NCBI RefSeq assembly: GCF_001447785.1
Contig: NW_015169227.1
Span: 1 to 64,000, forward strand
Reading direction: 5' to 3'
Origin: Gekko japonicus
Taxonomy: Eukaryota
DNA: 64,000 bases
Shown here: positions 1 through 11,102 of the stretch, piece after piece
How the letters are laid out: each line of letters opens with the position of its first letter
Position numbering within the stretch: position 1 is the first letter of the stretch
The notes under the pieces: generated by a model
What the model was told of the DNA's origin: nothing
The model's input: the letters and a program-made list of their open reading frames with translations, nothing else
Databases searched by the model: none
Position numbers and translations under genes: made by a program

Positions 1-127
1 GATGTGAAGGACCTCTAGCTGAGACCCTGCAAGGCCACTTATAGGACTAAGCAAAACTGACCTTGATAAAAGGCAGCTTCATACATTCAATGCTTCTCTC
101 TAATTTTCATCTTTGATAGTATGCTAC

Positions 128-404
128 AGTGTCATCCTAAACAAAACAAAGTTTGCGTCCAGTGGCACCTTTAAGACGAACAAAGTTTAACTCGGTAGAG
201 ATCTAAAGTGTCCATGCACACGAAAGCTTATGCCCAGAATTAAACTTTATTCATCTTAAAGGTGCCACTGGACTCAAACTTTGTTCTGTTGCTTACGACC
301 AACATGGCTACCCGCCTGAATCTATAATAAACAGAGTTATACATTTCTAAACCCACTGAAGTTAACAGGACATGAAGGGTGAAACTCTGCTTAGGATGGC
401 ACTG
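128..404. mobile_element. Short hairpin MITE (cagtgtcatcctaa...ttaggatggcactg) interrupted by a Penelope-like inverted-repeat fragment (about 145-325)
   Basis: Outer inverted termini. Inner inverted repeat tccagtggcacctttaaga / tcttaaaggtgccactgga flanks cacacgaaagctt. Confidence 0.6.
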
Positions 405-749
405 TTAGGTTCCTATTTTTGAGATATTGTCTTTATACAGTAAGGACAGTGAGATTTATATCACACACAACAGAAATAAATGCCAAGAAATAGATTAACC
501 TCAGTTTTTAAAGCAAATTTCTTGACTATTTCCTGAACAGCTTACACCTGTTCATCTTCCTACTGTTCAGTGCTAGATATGTTTTAAGGTTACACACATA
601 GAAAGGAAAAGAATTAAGCAATGAGAACCAAAGATGCAAGGACAGTAGAATATTTAAAACGACAGCAAAAGAGAAAACAATAAATATGTATTACTGAAAA
701 GCTAGTGTGAGTTTATACTCACAGTAAGACATTTCATTTTTGGGCTCCC

Positions 750-1776
750 GCATTCCCAGCAAGGCCTGGGATTTGCCTGGCTTGAATATGATGAGGGCTT
801 TCGCATGAGGGCTGCAATGAATCCAACTCTGAGGTAGGATCAGATCCACCCTCCCTCACCTGTGGCTTCAATCTATGTCATTCTCCTGGCCATCTGGAGG
901 TGTGCATTCAGACAGTGGCCATGTGGTTCACAGACTGCAAGGGCAGCCTAGTGCCAGGTCCCAGATGGGGCAGGCCACGCAGAAACGCCCACTTTGTTGG
1001 GAGTTCACCTCGCAGGGCACCTGTAGCAGGACGGCTTGTTCCTTTTGGCATGAGTACCCACTGTGTGCAGGTCCCCATGCATTCTCAGGCTGCCCCAAAG
1101 CAAGGGCCCGTCCGGGAGTGGGGGGGGGGAAACGCACGGCAGGTGGAGCGGGCCACAACACTGCTACTGACAAAGGGCCCCAGTCCAATTAGAGTGGAGG
1201 TGTTAGCGCACATGTTATGAGATTATCCTAATTTATGGGGTGGCAGTTACCTGTTAGAAGGGTTTGCATTGGTTTTAAGATACCTTACCAGGGTGACAGG
1301 AGGCCATATTGGGCTCCTACTCTGAGGTCTATTAAAGGACTGGAGGAAGTGACCCATTGGGAGGCGGCAGCAGCATTTGAAGAAAACTCCTGCTTTTAAT
1401 TAAGGATTTTCTAAGTTTTACAACATTTTATCTGTTTTTTTTAAAAGTCAGCCAGACATAAGATCTTCCTGCAGAACTCCCAGACTGCTGGTCTTCAACA
1501 AACTGACTGGAGAAAGTAGTGCATCAAAAAATCACTAAGGAATGTAAAGAAGGGAGAGTTTTAGGTCCATTCTCTTCACCTCCAGTACCCAATTTAAGAG
1601 TGTCCCCATTGGGAGTGGTACCTAAGAAAGCCATAGGAGAGTACCAACTCATCCACCATTTATCCTACCCTCAGGGTGGCTCGGTGAATGACGCGATACC
1701 TGAAGAACTATGTTCAGTTAGGTACACTTCCTTTGATCAGGCTATGCAGGTTGTGCAAAGTTGTGGATGTGGGGCT
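750..1776 (+). mobile_element. DIRS/Ngaro-type tyrosine-recombinase retrotransposon fragment (gag-like C-terminus plus RT N-terminus), degenerate
   Basis: GFAWLEYDEGFRMRAA, Cys/His knuckle CWEF..GTCSRTACSFWHEYPLCAGPH, and overlapping RT start GRVLGPFSSPP.PNLRVSPLGVVPKK..GEYQLIHHLSYPQGGSVND. Contains stops and frameshifts. Confidence 0.85.
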
Positions 1777-1948
1777 GTTGGTCACTGGATAGTTTTATGT
1801 GGTTTTTATGTCTCTGGGCTTGTTTTAATGGCTAATGATTTTCATTTTGATAATTTATTATTATAACTGTAAACTGCCTAGAGCAGAACTCTGAAGGGGT
1901 GGCCAGAAGGTCCTAAATAAATAGAACATACTGGTCATCCCAAGTCAT
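1771..1948 (+). repeat. Local direct repeat copy 1 (L2 3'-end-derived)
   Basis: Near-identical to 3476-3655. Confidence 0.9.
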
Positions 1949-2289
1949 TCTTTAATAAAACAAAAGATTGAAAAATGCACGACATTTTCATATCAACTCT
2001 GTGAGAATTTTATGTATTTATTTAAGATATTTCTACTATGATTCTATGTGGTAATTGGTTAATCATGAGAACCTGTGCTCGGTTGTATAACCAGAATGGA
2101 GGGGGGAATTAGGAGCAGTTGCCGACATCCTCTGGAAAGTTCCTCAGAAGAAGATCCCTGATTAGACCAGAGTGACCACCTGATGCCATGAGGTAGAAAG
2201 CTATAATAAGGGTGTAGGCCAGAGAGAGTCATGCTAACACCATGCTAGCATGCTTAGACAAGTTATACTTCATCGTGATGGACTGCAAC

Positions 2290-2901
2290 TAGGGTTGCCA
2301 GTCCCCAGGTGGGAGTGGGGTATCCCCTGATTTCATGGGCTCCTGACTGCTGGCAGCCAGCTGGCCAACGGGGAAAGCCCAACACCCAACAACCACGACC
2401 CCCAGGCAGTGTTCCCTCTAAGCTGAGTTAGTGAGAGCTAGCTCACAGTTTTTTAGCCTCAGGCTCAGACATTTTTGTCTTAGCTCAGGAAGGATGGTTA
2501 CAGAGCAAACTAATTTATGCAGTGGCCAAATCGCTCACTCACAACAACAGTAGCTCAGAAAGTAGAATTTTTGCCCAGAGGACTCCACATCTTAGAGGAA
2601 GCATTGACCCCAGTGATGTCCTCAACGTGATGATGTCACGTGAAAGTGACATCATCATACCAGGGACATCGTGTGGCAACGCTCTGGTTTTTGGGCAAAA
2701 CTCTATGGTTTGAGCCAAATTTTACCACAGAGTCTGCCCAAAAACCAGAGCCTCATCACACAATGTCCTTGGAATAATGACATCACTTCCATGTGATTAT
2801 CACATTGGGGATGTTGCGTGTGTCAATGTCACCCCGCCCCTGACTCCCAGAAAGTTCCCTCTCACCCCCCGCCCACATAAGGAAAGGACCTGACAACCCT
2901 A
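2290..2901. mobile_element. Non-autonomous hAT (Blackjack-like) element
   Basis: TIRs tagggttgcca / tgacaacccta; 8-bp TSD actgcaac / actgcaat. Confidence 0.8.
2407..2606. mobile_element. Non-autonomous hAT (Tip100-like) MITE nested in the previous element
   Basis: TIRs cagtgttccctctaag / cttagaggaagcattg; degenerate 8-bp TSD cccccagg / accccagt. Confidence 0.75.
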
Positions 2902-3204
2902 ACTGCAATGTATAGAACGTTTTTGTGCTACTGCTTGGATTTTATGCTGCAAGAAGATTTGCCATCTAATACTCAGGTATACAGTGTATTAAATAAAAAA
3001 GTTAGCTTCTATGTTTTCTTGTTACTAAACTGTTGAGATTGCACTGTGTAGTGAATTCTTTTAATCATTTAATAAACCTTTAGATATTTATATATGATTT
3101 ACTTGTGTGCATTCAACCTTGAGGACCCACAGGTCTGGGAAATTGTTCAGGGGTTCACGCAGGAAACCTAGAGCTACCCAAGAGGACCCAGGCCTCTGAC
3201 ACCC

Positions 3205-3385
3205 ACCTTTCTCCACACCATTCTCCTCTCCCCCAATTTATCTTCACAACTCTGTAAGGTAGGTTAGGCTGAGAACATGTGACTGACCCAAAGTGACCCA
3301 GTGAGCTTCCACAGGAGATGGAGGATTTGAACCTGAGTCTCCCAGATACTAGTCCAAAACTCTAACAAGTACACTACACTGGCTT
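3205..3385 (-). mobile_element. Squam3-like tRNA-derived SINE
   Basis: Reverse strand begins agccagtgtagtgt...ctgggagactcaggttcaaatcc; core ctcagcctaacctacc. Confidence 0.75.
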
Positions 3386-3419
3386 TCATGGATGGCTAAT
3401 GTTGAATAGTAGCAAGTAT

Positions 3420-3655
3420 CAAGCCCTGGGTGAGATAAGGGCAAATAAATTGAAGTTTAATCCATACAAGACTGAGGGGCTGTTGGTCATTGGATAGTTT
3501 TATGTGGTTTTTATGTCTCTGGGCTTGTTTTAATAGCTAATGATTTTTATTTTGATAATTTATTATTATAACTGTGAACTGCCTAGAGCAGAACTCTGAA
3601 GGCGTGGCACAGAAAGTTCCTAAATAAATAGAACATACTGGACATCCCAAGTCAT
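3420..3655 (+). mobile_element. L2 LINE 3' fragment, includes local direct repeat copy 2
   Basis: NKLKFNPYKTE RT C-terminal motif, T-rich 3' region and aaataaata tail. Confidence 0.7.
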
Positions 3656-3676
3656 CTCTCCCTTATTATATTTGAG

Positions 3677-4319
3677 TAGTGGGTGCCAAAGTTCTAATTC
3701 TAAAATGCACTCCCTTAGTGTATGGCTGATGGAACTGCTCCTCAGCATATATCGCCACCAATCAGAAGGCAAAGCCCGGGTCAGAAGATGCTGGCTGGGT
3801 TGACTGGCTGCTTTGTGCAGTCCTGCCCAGCGTTTCAAGGTCTTTTGCATATGGAAGCTGATTGGACTTCACTCCATTCCACACCTCAAACTCCCCCCCC
3901 ACAAGGCGCAGTTGGAATTTTCAGTTGCATATGGGAACTACTGTATTCTGAGGTAACATATGTCCTCACTCAAAATGGCCACAAGCCATTTCAGACCTCC
4001 CTTCCCTCCCTCCATTTCCAAACGGAGAGGGGGAAAAGGGAGGTCTGAAATGGCTCGTAACCTTTTAAACCTAACAGCTGATTGTTGGGTCCACCAGCAC
4101 TCTCTTTCGCTTCCCCCTTACAAAGGAGGGGGGGAACGAAATAGAGTGGTGAAATGGCTGCTACTGCTAGCCACTATAAACCAAATAATCTGAGTTTCCC
4201 AAATACTTCCTGAATCCAAATATCATACCGATATTTCGATTTGGGAATATTGGCAAATACCGATATTTTCTGGGTTCAATAAACACGAAAAATACCAAAT
4301 TATTTTTTGCACACCCCTA
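3677..4319. mobile_element. Non-autonomous DNA transposon with TAGGGGTGTGCA-type termini
   Basis: Right end tgcacaccccta with ccgaat/ccgatat subterminal repeats. Related ends near 11049 and 28125-28293. Confidence 0.5.
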
Positions 4320-4719
4320 CTGTAGACTACTGCCGATGTGTTTATGAGCGTTCCCTGTTCTCCCGGAATAAATTCTGTGGGTAGCAGTAGGAGGCAATTT
4401 TGCTAACATTGCTCCACTCATAATACTATGTATCCAACTCACAGAGTTTTGAAAAGGGCTCAGCAGATAGGAAAAAACTCTTATGTGTTTTATTGGCTTT
4501 ATTTATGTATATAGGTATACATACTCTGTCTCTCTGTGTGTGTACATACTCGGACCCCATGCTAACAAGGTGCTCTGATTGCTAGACAGTTAGTTGGAGG
4601 GGGAGAAAGAAATGGGCAGAGTTCTTAAGCATCACTGGTCCAAAACATGGCAGTCAGGCAACTGATACGGATGGATTCAGGGACGGTAGCACCCCTGTGC
4701 TGAAAGGGGTCTGCACTGG

Positions 4720-5195
4720 CTAGTCATCTGTTTCAGGGCACAATTCCATGTACTGATTCTTACCCTTCAAGCTCTAAATGACTTGAGACCAAGGTATGGG
4801 AAGGACCACCTCCCTCTTGTACTTTTCAGTCTGTAGTTAAGATCCTCTCTCCAAGGTCTGCTTGCTGTGCCCCTGCCTGCAGATATGAGGTTGGTAGCTA
4901 CAACAGAAAAGGCTTTTTCAGCGGTGGCAGCTTGTCTTAGGATGCCCTCTCACTTGAGTGCAAGACCAAAAACATTTATTTCTACCCAGGCTTTAACTGT
5001 GCTGTTCATCTTTATAGTGCTTCTAGTCTGAGAAGTGTTTTATGAATACTCAGTTTTACCTGCAGAATAGTGTAATGATGCTTTAATGTCCTGGTTTCAT
5101 GGACTGTTTTATGCTGTAGGTTTTATGATTTTATTTTATGGTTTACTTTGTGACCTGCCTCTGGAAAGGTGGCATATGAAACTAAAAATATAAAT
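4720..5195 (+). mobile_element. L2 LINE 3' fragment
   Basis: LHWL...RAQF.VLILT-like remnant, RAFSAVA motif, T-rich 3' UTR and A-rich tail. Confidence 0.7.
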
Positions 5196-5295
5196 GATAC
5201 CCACTTACAAATGACAAAAAAAAATTCTCATAGTATATTGCTGCTCACATGGCATTCTTGGTGTTTTAACCATAATGTTGCTGGCGACACCCTAC

Positions 5296-5448
5296 CTCTT
5301 AGTACTGATTTCAGATTCAGCTTGGCTTGACGGTGCAGATCTTCCACGCATGGTGGTCTTGTGGAGGGTAGAAACACATTCTCCTGCTGATGCCAGGGGG
5401 CAGTGTAATGGACCGTCCATCTACTCTCTTCATCTAGATTGGAGACAG
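5296..5448 (-). CDS. NHSL1: NHS-like protein 1, common internal coding exon (C-terminal part of the WAVE-homology region)
   Basis: Translates as [51 protein letters not shown], recognised as NHSL1 (the NHS paralogue reads VSNLDIESKL...). Acceptor tctgttttacag| and donor AGAG|gtaggg; 153 nt, phase 1/1. Confidence 0.96.
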
Positions 5449-5809
5449 CTGTAAAACAGAAAGGCAGAGACTTTAATGTTGTGATTAAACTCAGTTGTGG
5501 CAGCGCTTCAAAAACTGTCAAAGTAACTAATCAGCTTGTGGAAATGTAAGAAAACACAGACGCTGTATCCCATTATCTGTATGTCAGCACATTTTAAAAG
5601 TGCGGGCACCAGTCCTAGATACAACACATTAGCCATCATCACTGAACAAGTCGTAGCCTTCTGCCTTCAACTGCAAAACTTGGTCACAGCTAGGCACCAC
5701 TCCCACCTGGGCTTCTATCAGTTTTGCTTCTTAGTAGCAAAACAGCACTACTATTTATTGCTCACTGGCAATGGCCTGTTTTGCCCTCACCTGGACAGGA
5801 CAGGCTAGC

Positions 5810-5985
5810 CCCTTCTCATTAGAACTTAGAAGCTAAGCAGGGTCAGCTCTGGTTAGCATGAGAGATGGCCAACTAATACCAGGGTTGCAACACAGAGGCA
5901 GGCAATGGCAAACAACTTCTGAAAGTCTCTTGCCTTGAAAGCTATATAGGGTTGCCATAAGTGAGCTGTGACTTGATGGCAACAA
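5810..5985 (+). mobile_element. 5S rRNA-derived SINE with RTE/Vingi-like 3' end
   Basis: gaagctaagcagggtcagctctggttag resembles the 5S internal control region. Tail ggcaatggcaaac...gggttgccataagt...gacttgatggca. Confidence 0.7.
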
Positions 5986-6973
5986 AAAAGCATATTTTAA
6001 AAGGCAAAAAAAAGGGGAGAGATTACTCATGTTATGACTTTTGGATATTGCCAATTCTAAATCTAAATGAAACAAGTTACACTCCCAGTTTTCCATAACC
6101 CCACATATATCAAGCTACAGGAATAGAATATCACTGAATGGAACTTCTAGGGGTATTTTGGCTTTCCTCAAATAGCATCATGGTTTCATAGAAGGGTCAT
6201 CTGTTTTTAACTCCTTGTGACGTATTGTCTGGCAAAACCTTCATAAAAGTTTCATTACCAACTGCTGGATCTTCACACCACCATAAGATGTATACACATC
6301 CACACTGGATGGCCTACAGAAGGGTGGACTGGCTGTTTAACTTACAGGGGATGTTCCCTGTGGGCCAATGCCCTGCATGGATACTAGCAGCCAGGAAGAA
6401 GCAGAGCCAAGCCCCAGTAGCTTTGCAAGCACTGCAGGGTCTGCTTAGCTTGGACCTTTTGGCACAACTGCTGGTTGGCAACAGAGCAGGTGGAGACAAT
6501 GGGTGACTTTCCACCTATTGTTGGTGCTGCTGAATTTGAACTGAGTGGCTCCTGAACTGCTGGTTCACAGAGCCACCGATATTACTGAGCTTGAACTTGC
6601 TTCTGAGCCAGGACTCCCCAGTCTACCTCTGGTTCTATAGGAATTGTGGCATAAATGGCTGGGAAGTTAGGAAAAGCTCCAGACTTACTCTTATGCTTCA
6701 GCACATGAGCAGACTCTGAGATCCCTTGGAACTGGCTTAATTAGTGTACTTGCACCAAGTAACTTGTTTTTCCCATCACAGCAGCAACTTATATTGTAGT
6801 ATTTCAAAATCCCAACAGTAACTCTCTACTTTTGTGCCGTAATCTAACACAGCATTCCATTTTTAAATCTCATATACAACTTCCAATCAAGAGACCTAAA
6901 CCAAAACACAAATCAGCTAGTATCTTACATTTCAGTAAATGTCAGTTGCAATAGCACTTTGAATCAACCTGTT

Positions 6974-7294
6974 TGTTAAGTCGCTCGCTTAACAAAGTAG
7001 TCGGAGAGTGATTCAGCAAAGATTCAGCTTTATTCCACAACAAACACAACTCCAACACGGATCAACATCTGATAGCCAGAATAGCTTTTACATTGTAGCT
7101 GTCCTGCATTTAAACTCTCCCGGCTAATGTAGCCACACTTACTGTACATTTACCAACCAATAAGGTTGTATGCATAAGGACCAATCACGGACGTTCCCGC
7201 TAAGGGAGCTTGCTGACAAGTGATTGGTTAGTTCTTCCTGGGCTATTAATGCGATTGGATGGATTTGGATCCTAGCCCAGGACGAAGCTTAACA
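6974..7294 (-). mobile_element. Solo LTR (Gypsy/ERV type)
   Basis: Inverted termini tgttaag / cttaaca, CCAAT boxes, TTTAAA TATA-like motif, AATAAA on the minus strand near 7028-7033. TSD not evident. Confidence 0.65.
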
Positions 7295-8988
7295 TGGCAA
7301 GTCAATTATGTTGTTCACATACAGTTATGCATTCAATGGCAGCTATTGAATACATTACACTGTGCTAGCAGGAAAATGGTGACCAGTAGGAGAGGGGGAG
7401 GTAGAAAGTCAAGGACACTGTATTGTTCTCCAGGCAACATTTGGTCCATATGTTTGTCACTCTCTTACCTTCTATGCTTTTACCCTAAATACATGCTACA
7501 TACATGTGAACTTACCCAAGACTGCACTCATCACTTCCCTGTGACTGAATCTGCATCATTTCTTGTTGCTTAATATCAAGACCACACCTCTTCAGTGCCC
7601 CACACAGAGAAATTCTCCCCCTCCCTAAAGAAATATACCATCTTTGCAAAACCCTAACATCTACTACCAGCCACTTCATCAACCTTGGAGATCAGGCATG
7701 GAGGAACTTAATAAAATGCTGACTCTCTCTCTCAACATGAGATATACTTGGGATAATGAGTAAGCCTTGTACTGCTGGTTACTGTACATACAGTAATAAC
7801 ACACACCCTTGCAGCACTATTTCACTTTAGAAACACTGTATGCCAAAAGGTATAAAGGTGGTGGGAAATCAATCAGCAGCATATAGAAGTGATTTGTTTC
7901 TTGATGTAGCAAATTAAGTGCACTGCATTCTGTTCCTTTTGCTAAGGCATTCTCAGGTACTCTTTATTCTTGATAACAAATTGGGCAGGTGAGCATGGTA
8001 CACATTTCCCTATTTAATCATCATTCCAGCACCTTCCTAAGTACATGTACATGATCTGTTTGCCCTTAGATTCCCTCGTGCATTGTGCTGCTGACCTCTT
8101 TTACATCTAAATTCATTATATTGGACACGACCAGAAACACATCATGCAGCAAGGCAGATAATGCTGACACCATACATGACCAACTTCTCTGTCCTTCCAA
8201 ATCAAAGGTCAAAGCCAAAAGATAATGAACAGAGATGACACCCAACTACATGATCACATCAGTCATTCTTGTATTACAGAAAATGAAAGATGTGTTTATA
8301 TAATGAAAAGGAGAGAAAATCCACCTTTTTATAGGGAAGCTGACAAATGCTGCTTGGCAGATTTTATCATCATGCCCCCCTCCCCAGAGCCTAGAGCTCG
8401 AACCGTACCACATTAAATTCAGTTTGGCGCTACATACAGAATACTTTTTTAAAAAAGAAGAAGAAGAAGAACATGCCTGTTGCTAACATGATTAACTCTG
8501 GTATGTTTGTTTTTTGCTATAAATGAAAACCATTTGAGAATCATGTTGGAACCACTAAAACATCAACTACAAGTTTGTGCTATCACAGCAGAAGATGTTT
8601 AAGTACACAGAAATCAGTCTAGACTATGTTTTCTGCATGTAGTTGTTTCTGCACACAACTGATGCAGCTGTACTATACTGCATTGTAAGAAACAAAAGAA
8701 AAACTCATTCTGCTTTTCCGATGGTGCCCTTGACAAACAAGGAAAATCCGCAGGCTAAGATCCAAAAGTTTTGAACAACAAAAAGAGAGCAGGTGCCCAA
8801 GGACACTGCTTTTAATAAGCTACCTGCACACATTATGAAGTGACAAACGAAACGAGTTATTCCATAGGAAAAAGAAAGCAAGTTACTTAACATTTCTGTA
8901 AGGCTGATTCAGTTATTTTACCTAAAATATCTAAATGCATTCCAAGTGCAAATTAAAAACTGAAAAGAGAGCAGCCACATTTACTTAC

Positions 8989-9046
8989 TCTTTTTCTTGA
9001 AAAATTTGATTAGGGATTTGAGCTTTGTATTGATGAACACCACCAT
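8989..9046 (-). CDS. NHSL1: NHSL1 alternative first coding exon, MVVFINTKLKSLIKFFKKK(T)
   Basis: ATG at 9046 (gaaATGg), 19 codons plus 1 nt, donor A|gtaagt, in frame with the 5448 acceptor. Matches my recall of the human isoform start MVVFINAKIKSLIKLFKKKT. Confidence 0.92.
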
Positions 9047-9750
9047 TTCAGAGAAGCTTGTCTATGCTCCTGCAGTTTGTATCCCATAGAAAGCAAGAAT
9101 TTCACGTGGGAAAACTAATTTCCAGAGCTTTCAAACAGTTCTTGCAAACCCTACTAACTTTGTGCCTCCCCTTGCCACCGCTCGCCCCCCCCCTTTGTTT
9201 CTTCTTCCTGTGAAACTTTGAGTTTGTCCTTAATGTCCTATCAATTAGAAGCCATTAACAGTCCTTGAACCTGAAAGCTTCCTTCTGAAACATAACGCCG
9301 CTGACTGCAAACAGCCAGTTACAACATGCAGGGAAAGGATGGAGAGAGGAGAGCCAATCTTTGTCCATGTTTGCATGGAAGCAAGATGGAGATTTCTGCT
9401 TCAGCGCTCCTTCATACATGTCTCCCCCTGCCTCTCCTACAGCAAATCAACAGTTCCCCCCTCTATTTCTTCTGTCATTCCAGGTTGTACTCCACAACCA
9501 AGATGAATAATTGTAAGAAATCCCCCCGGACACTGCTTTAATAGAATCTTCACAATCTTTTACAGGACAGAAGATCCAGTGGATGCTTTCGTGCCCATGC
9601 TTTCTATTTTCCCAAGCTAATTGTGAGGATATGGAATTTGAACTGGCTGGGACAGTGAGACTCTCAACTATTGTTTCCCAAACCCGTCCCCGCCTCTCAG
9701 CCCCTCCTTCCCATTCAAAGTACTGCAGTTATGCTCTGCAACAGACTACA
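9047..9750 (-). promoter_or_regulatory. Probable 5'UTR/promoter of the MVVF first exon
   Basis: Repeat-free sequence directly upstream of the ATG, with GC-box-like motifs (cccgtccccgcctc near 9683-9696, cgctcgcccc near 9179). TSS not determinable. Confidence 0.5.
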
Positions 9751-11050
9751 CAGAGCTGTGAAGAGGTGTTGCTTTTTTGTGCAAATTTCACCCTTTTATT
9801 TGTCTCTTAATCACTTTATCTAACTTGTTTCTAACATGCTTGCTTCTTGATGCCATGTTTCCTAAACAAAACTCCACACATCTGGTCTGTCAGCTACAAA
9901 TTGATAACAAACACGGTGGACTGCATGTTCTATCTTTCATTCAGCCACTCATGTGCTTTGTTCAAAGCAAGTTTAGAAATGATATGACAAAAGAAAAAAA
10001 TGCTTAATAATTAATTAAGCAAGACCATTTGGCTTCACAGAAAATGCATCCTCCTAGAAACTTAAAAAAAAAACCTCCCTAGGGTAGTAAATGAAGAGCT
10101 TTTGAAATAAAACATTTATGCTATTTCTAGAAATGAGCATATCTTTATCCCATTAGAAGCGACTCACAATTTTGCAGAGAAAAATGTTAAGCAGAGCTTC
10201 AATGTGCTCAGTGGGGCATGCCTGTATCACAATGGTGAGGCTCAAGAAGTCAGCCTGCCCTTTCAGAGAAAGCTGGGCAATGCATTGGCTTTATGTTGAA
10301 AAGAATTCTCTTTCCCCAAAGAAACACCAACAGCAGGGGCCGGCCAGCCACTCTGCTCCAAATGAGGTCAACATGGGTTGGAACCTTTGGGGGTAGTACA
10401 TATAGACAAAAGAAGCTGCTCTTGAGAAACAGTTCAACCCTCAGCAAATGTGCCTGTTACAGATTATAAGTACATAAACTTTTCCTGCAGGAGAAATATA
10501 AAACAGTCCGATTTGTAATTTACATTATCTTTCATTATTCGGAAGGATCTGACCATTCGTAAGCCTTGCCGTTTAATGCCACAATCATTTTTATTTAGCC
10601 GTAACAGAATCTCCGAAAGAGAACTGTTTGTTCTCTTACTAGCTGCCTTCTGAAAAGAACACTCCTGACTCTGTTCAATATGTGCAAATGGGGGGGGGGG
10701 GGAACCATGTAATTCTGATCAATGACATACATTTAGCTGAGGGACTAGAGAGGATGGCATCATTGCAAAAAGTTACATAACTTCACTGGCATTCTCAACA
10801 CAAAACATAAATTCTGTACATGCCTATCTTACCCAGCCTACCTTTTGAAGACACATCAAAATAGCACAAATAAGCAAGATGACCACTAAAGAGTAAATAA
10901 AGGATTTCAATCTCACACTCCAAGATTCTACCACTTTTATGAAGCAATTTAGGTGGAGTTTTGCATCAATTCAGTCCGACCTGAGCTGACCCAAAACAGC
11001 TTATTTGGGGTGTAATTTTAGTTTCGGTATATCTGAATGCACACCCCTAC

Positions 11051-11052
<2 letters not shown>

Positions 11053-11086
<34 letters not shown>

Positions 11087-11099
11087 TGTGCGCGCGCGC
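11053..11099. repeat. (TG)n(CG)n microsatellite
   Basis: Directly visible. Confidence 0.95.
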
Positions 11100-11102
11100 A
11101 TT

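Larger units (their letters stand above)
2000..3200 (+). mobile_element. LTR-like element hosting nested hAT MITEs
   Basis: TATA-like ctataa near 2201, AATAAA near 3071, TG...CA-type ends. No TSD found. Confidence 0.4.

Noticed and set aside
1-5295. Next NHSL1 exon (ECDKLR...) and, upstream, the exons for the full WAVE-homology N-terminus
   Set aside because: Not found by eye in the window; they presumably lie outside it.
5228-5521. 97-aa ORF as a standalone gene
   Set aside because: Only 5296-5448 is exonic; the flanks are intron read-through past clear splice sites.
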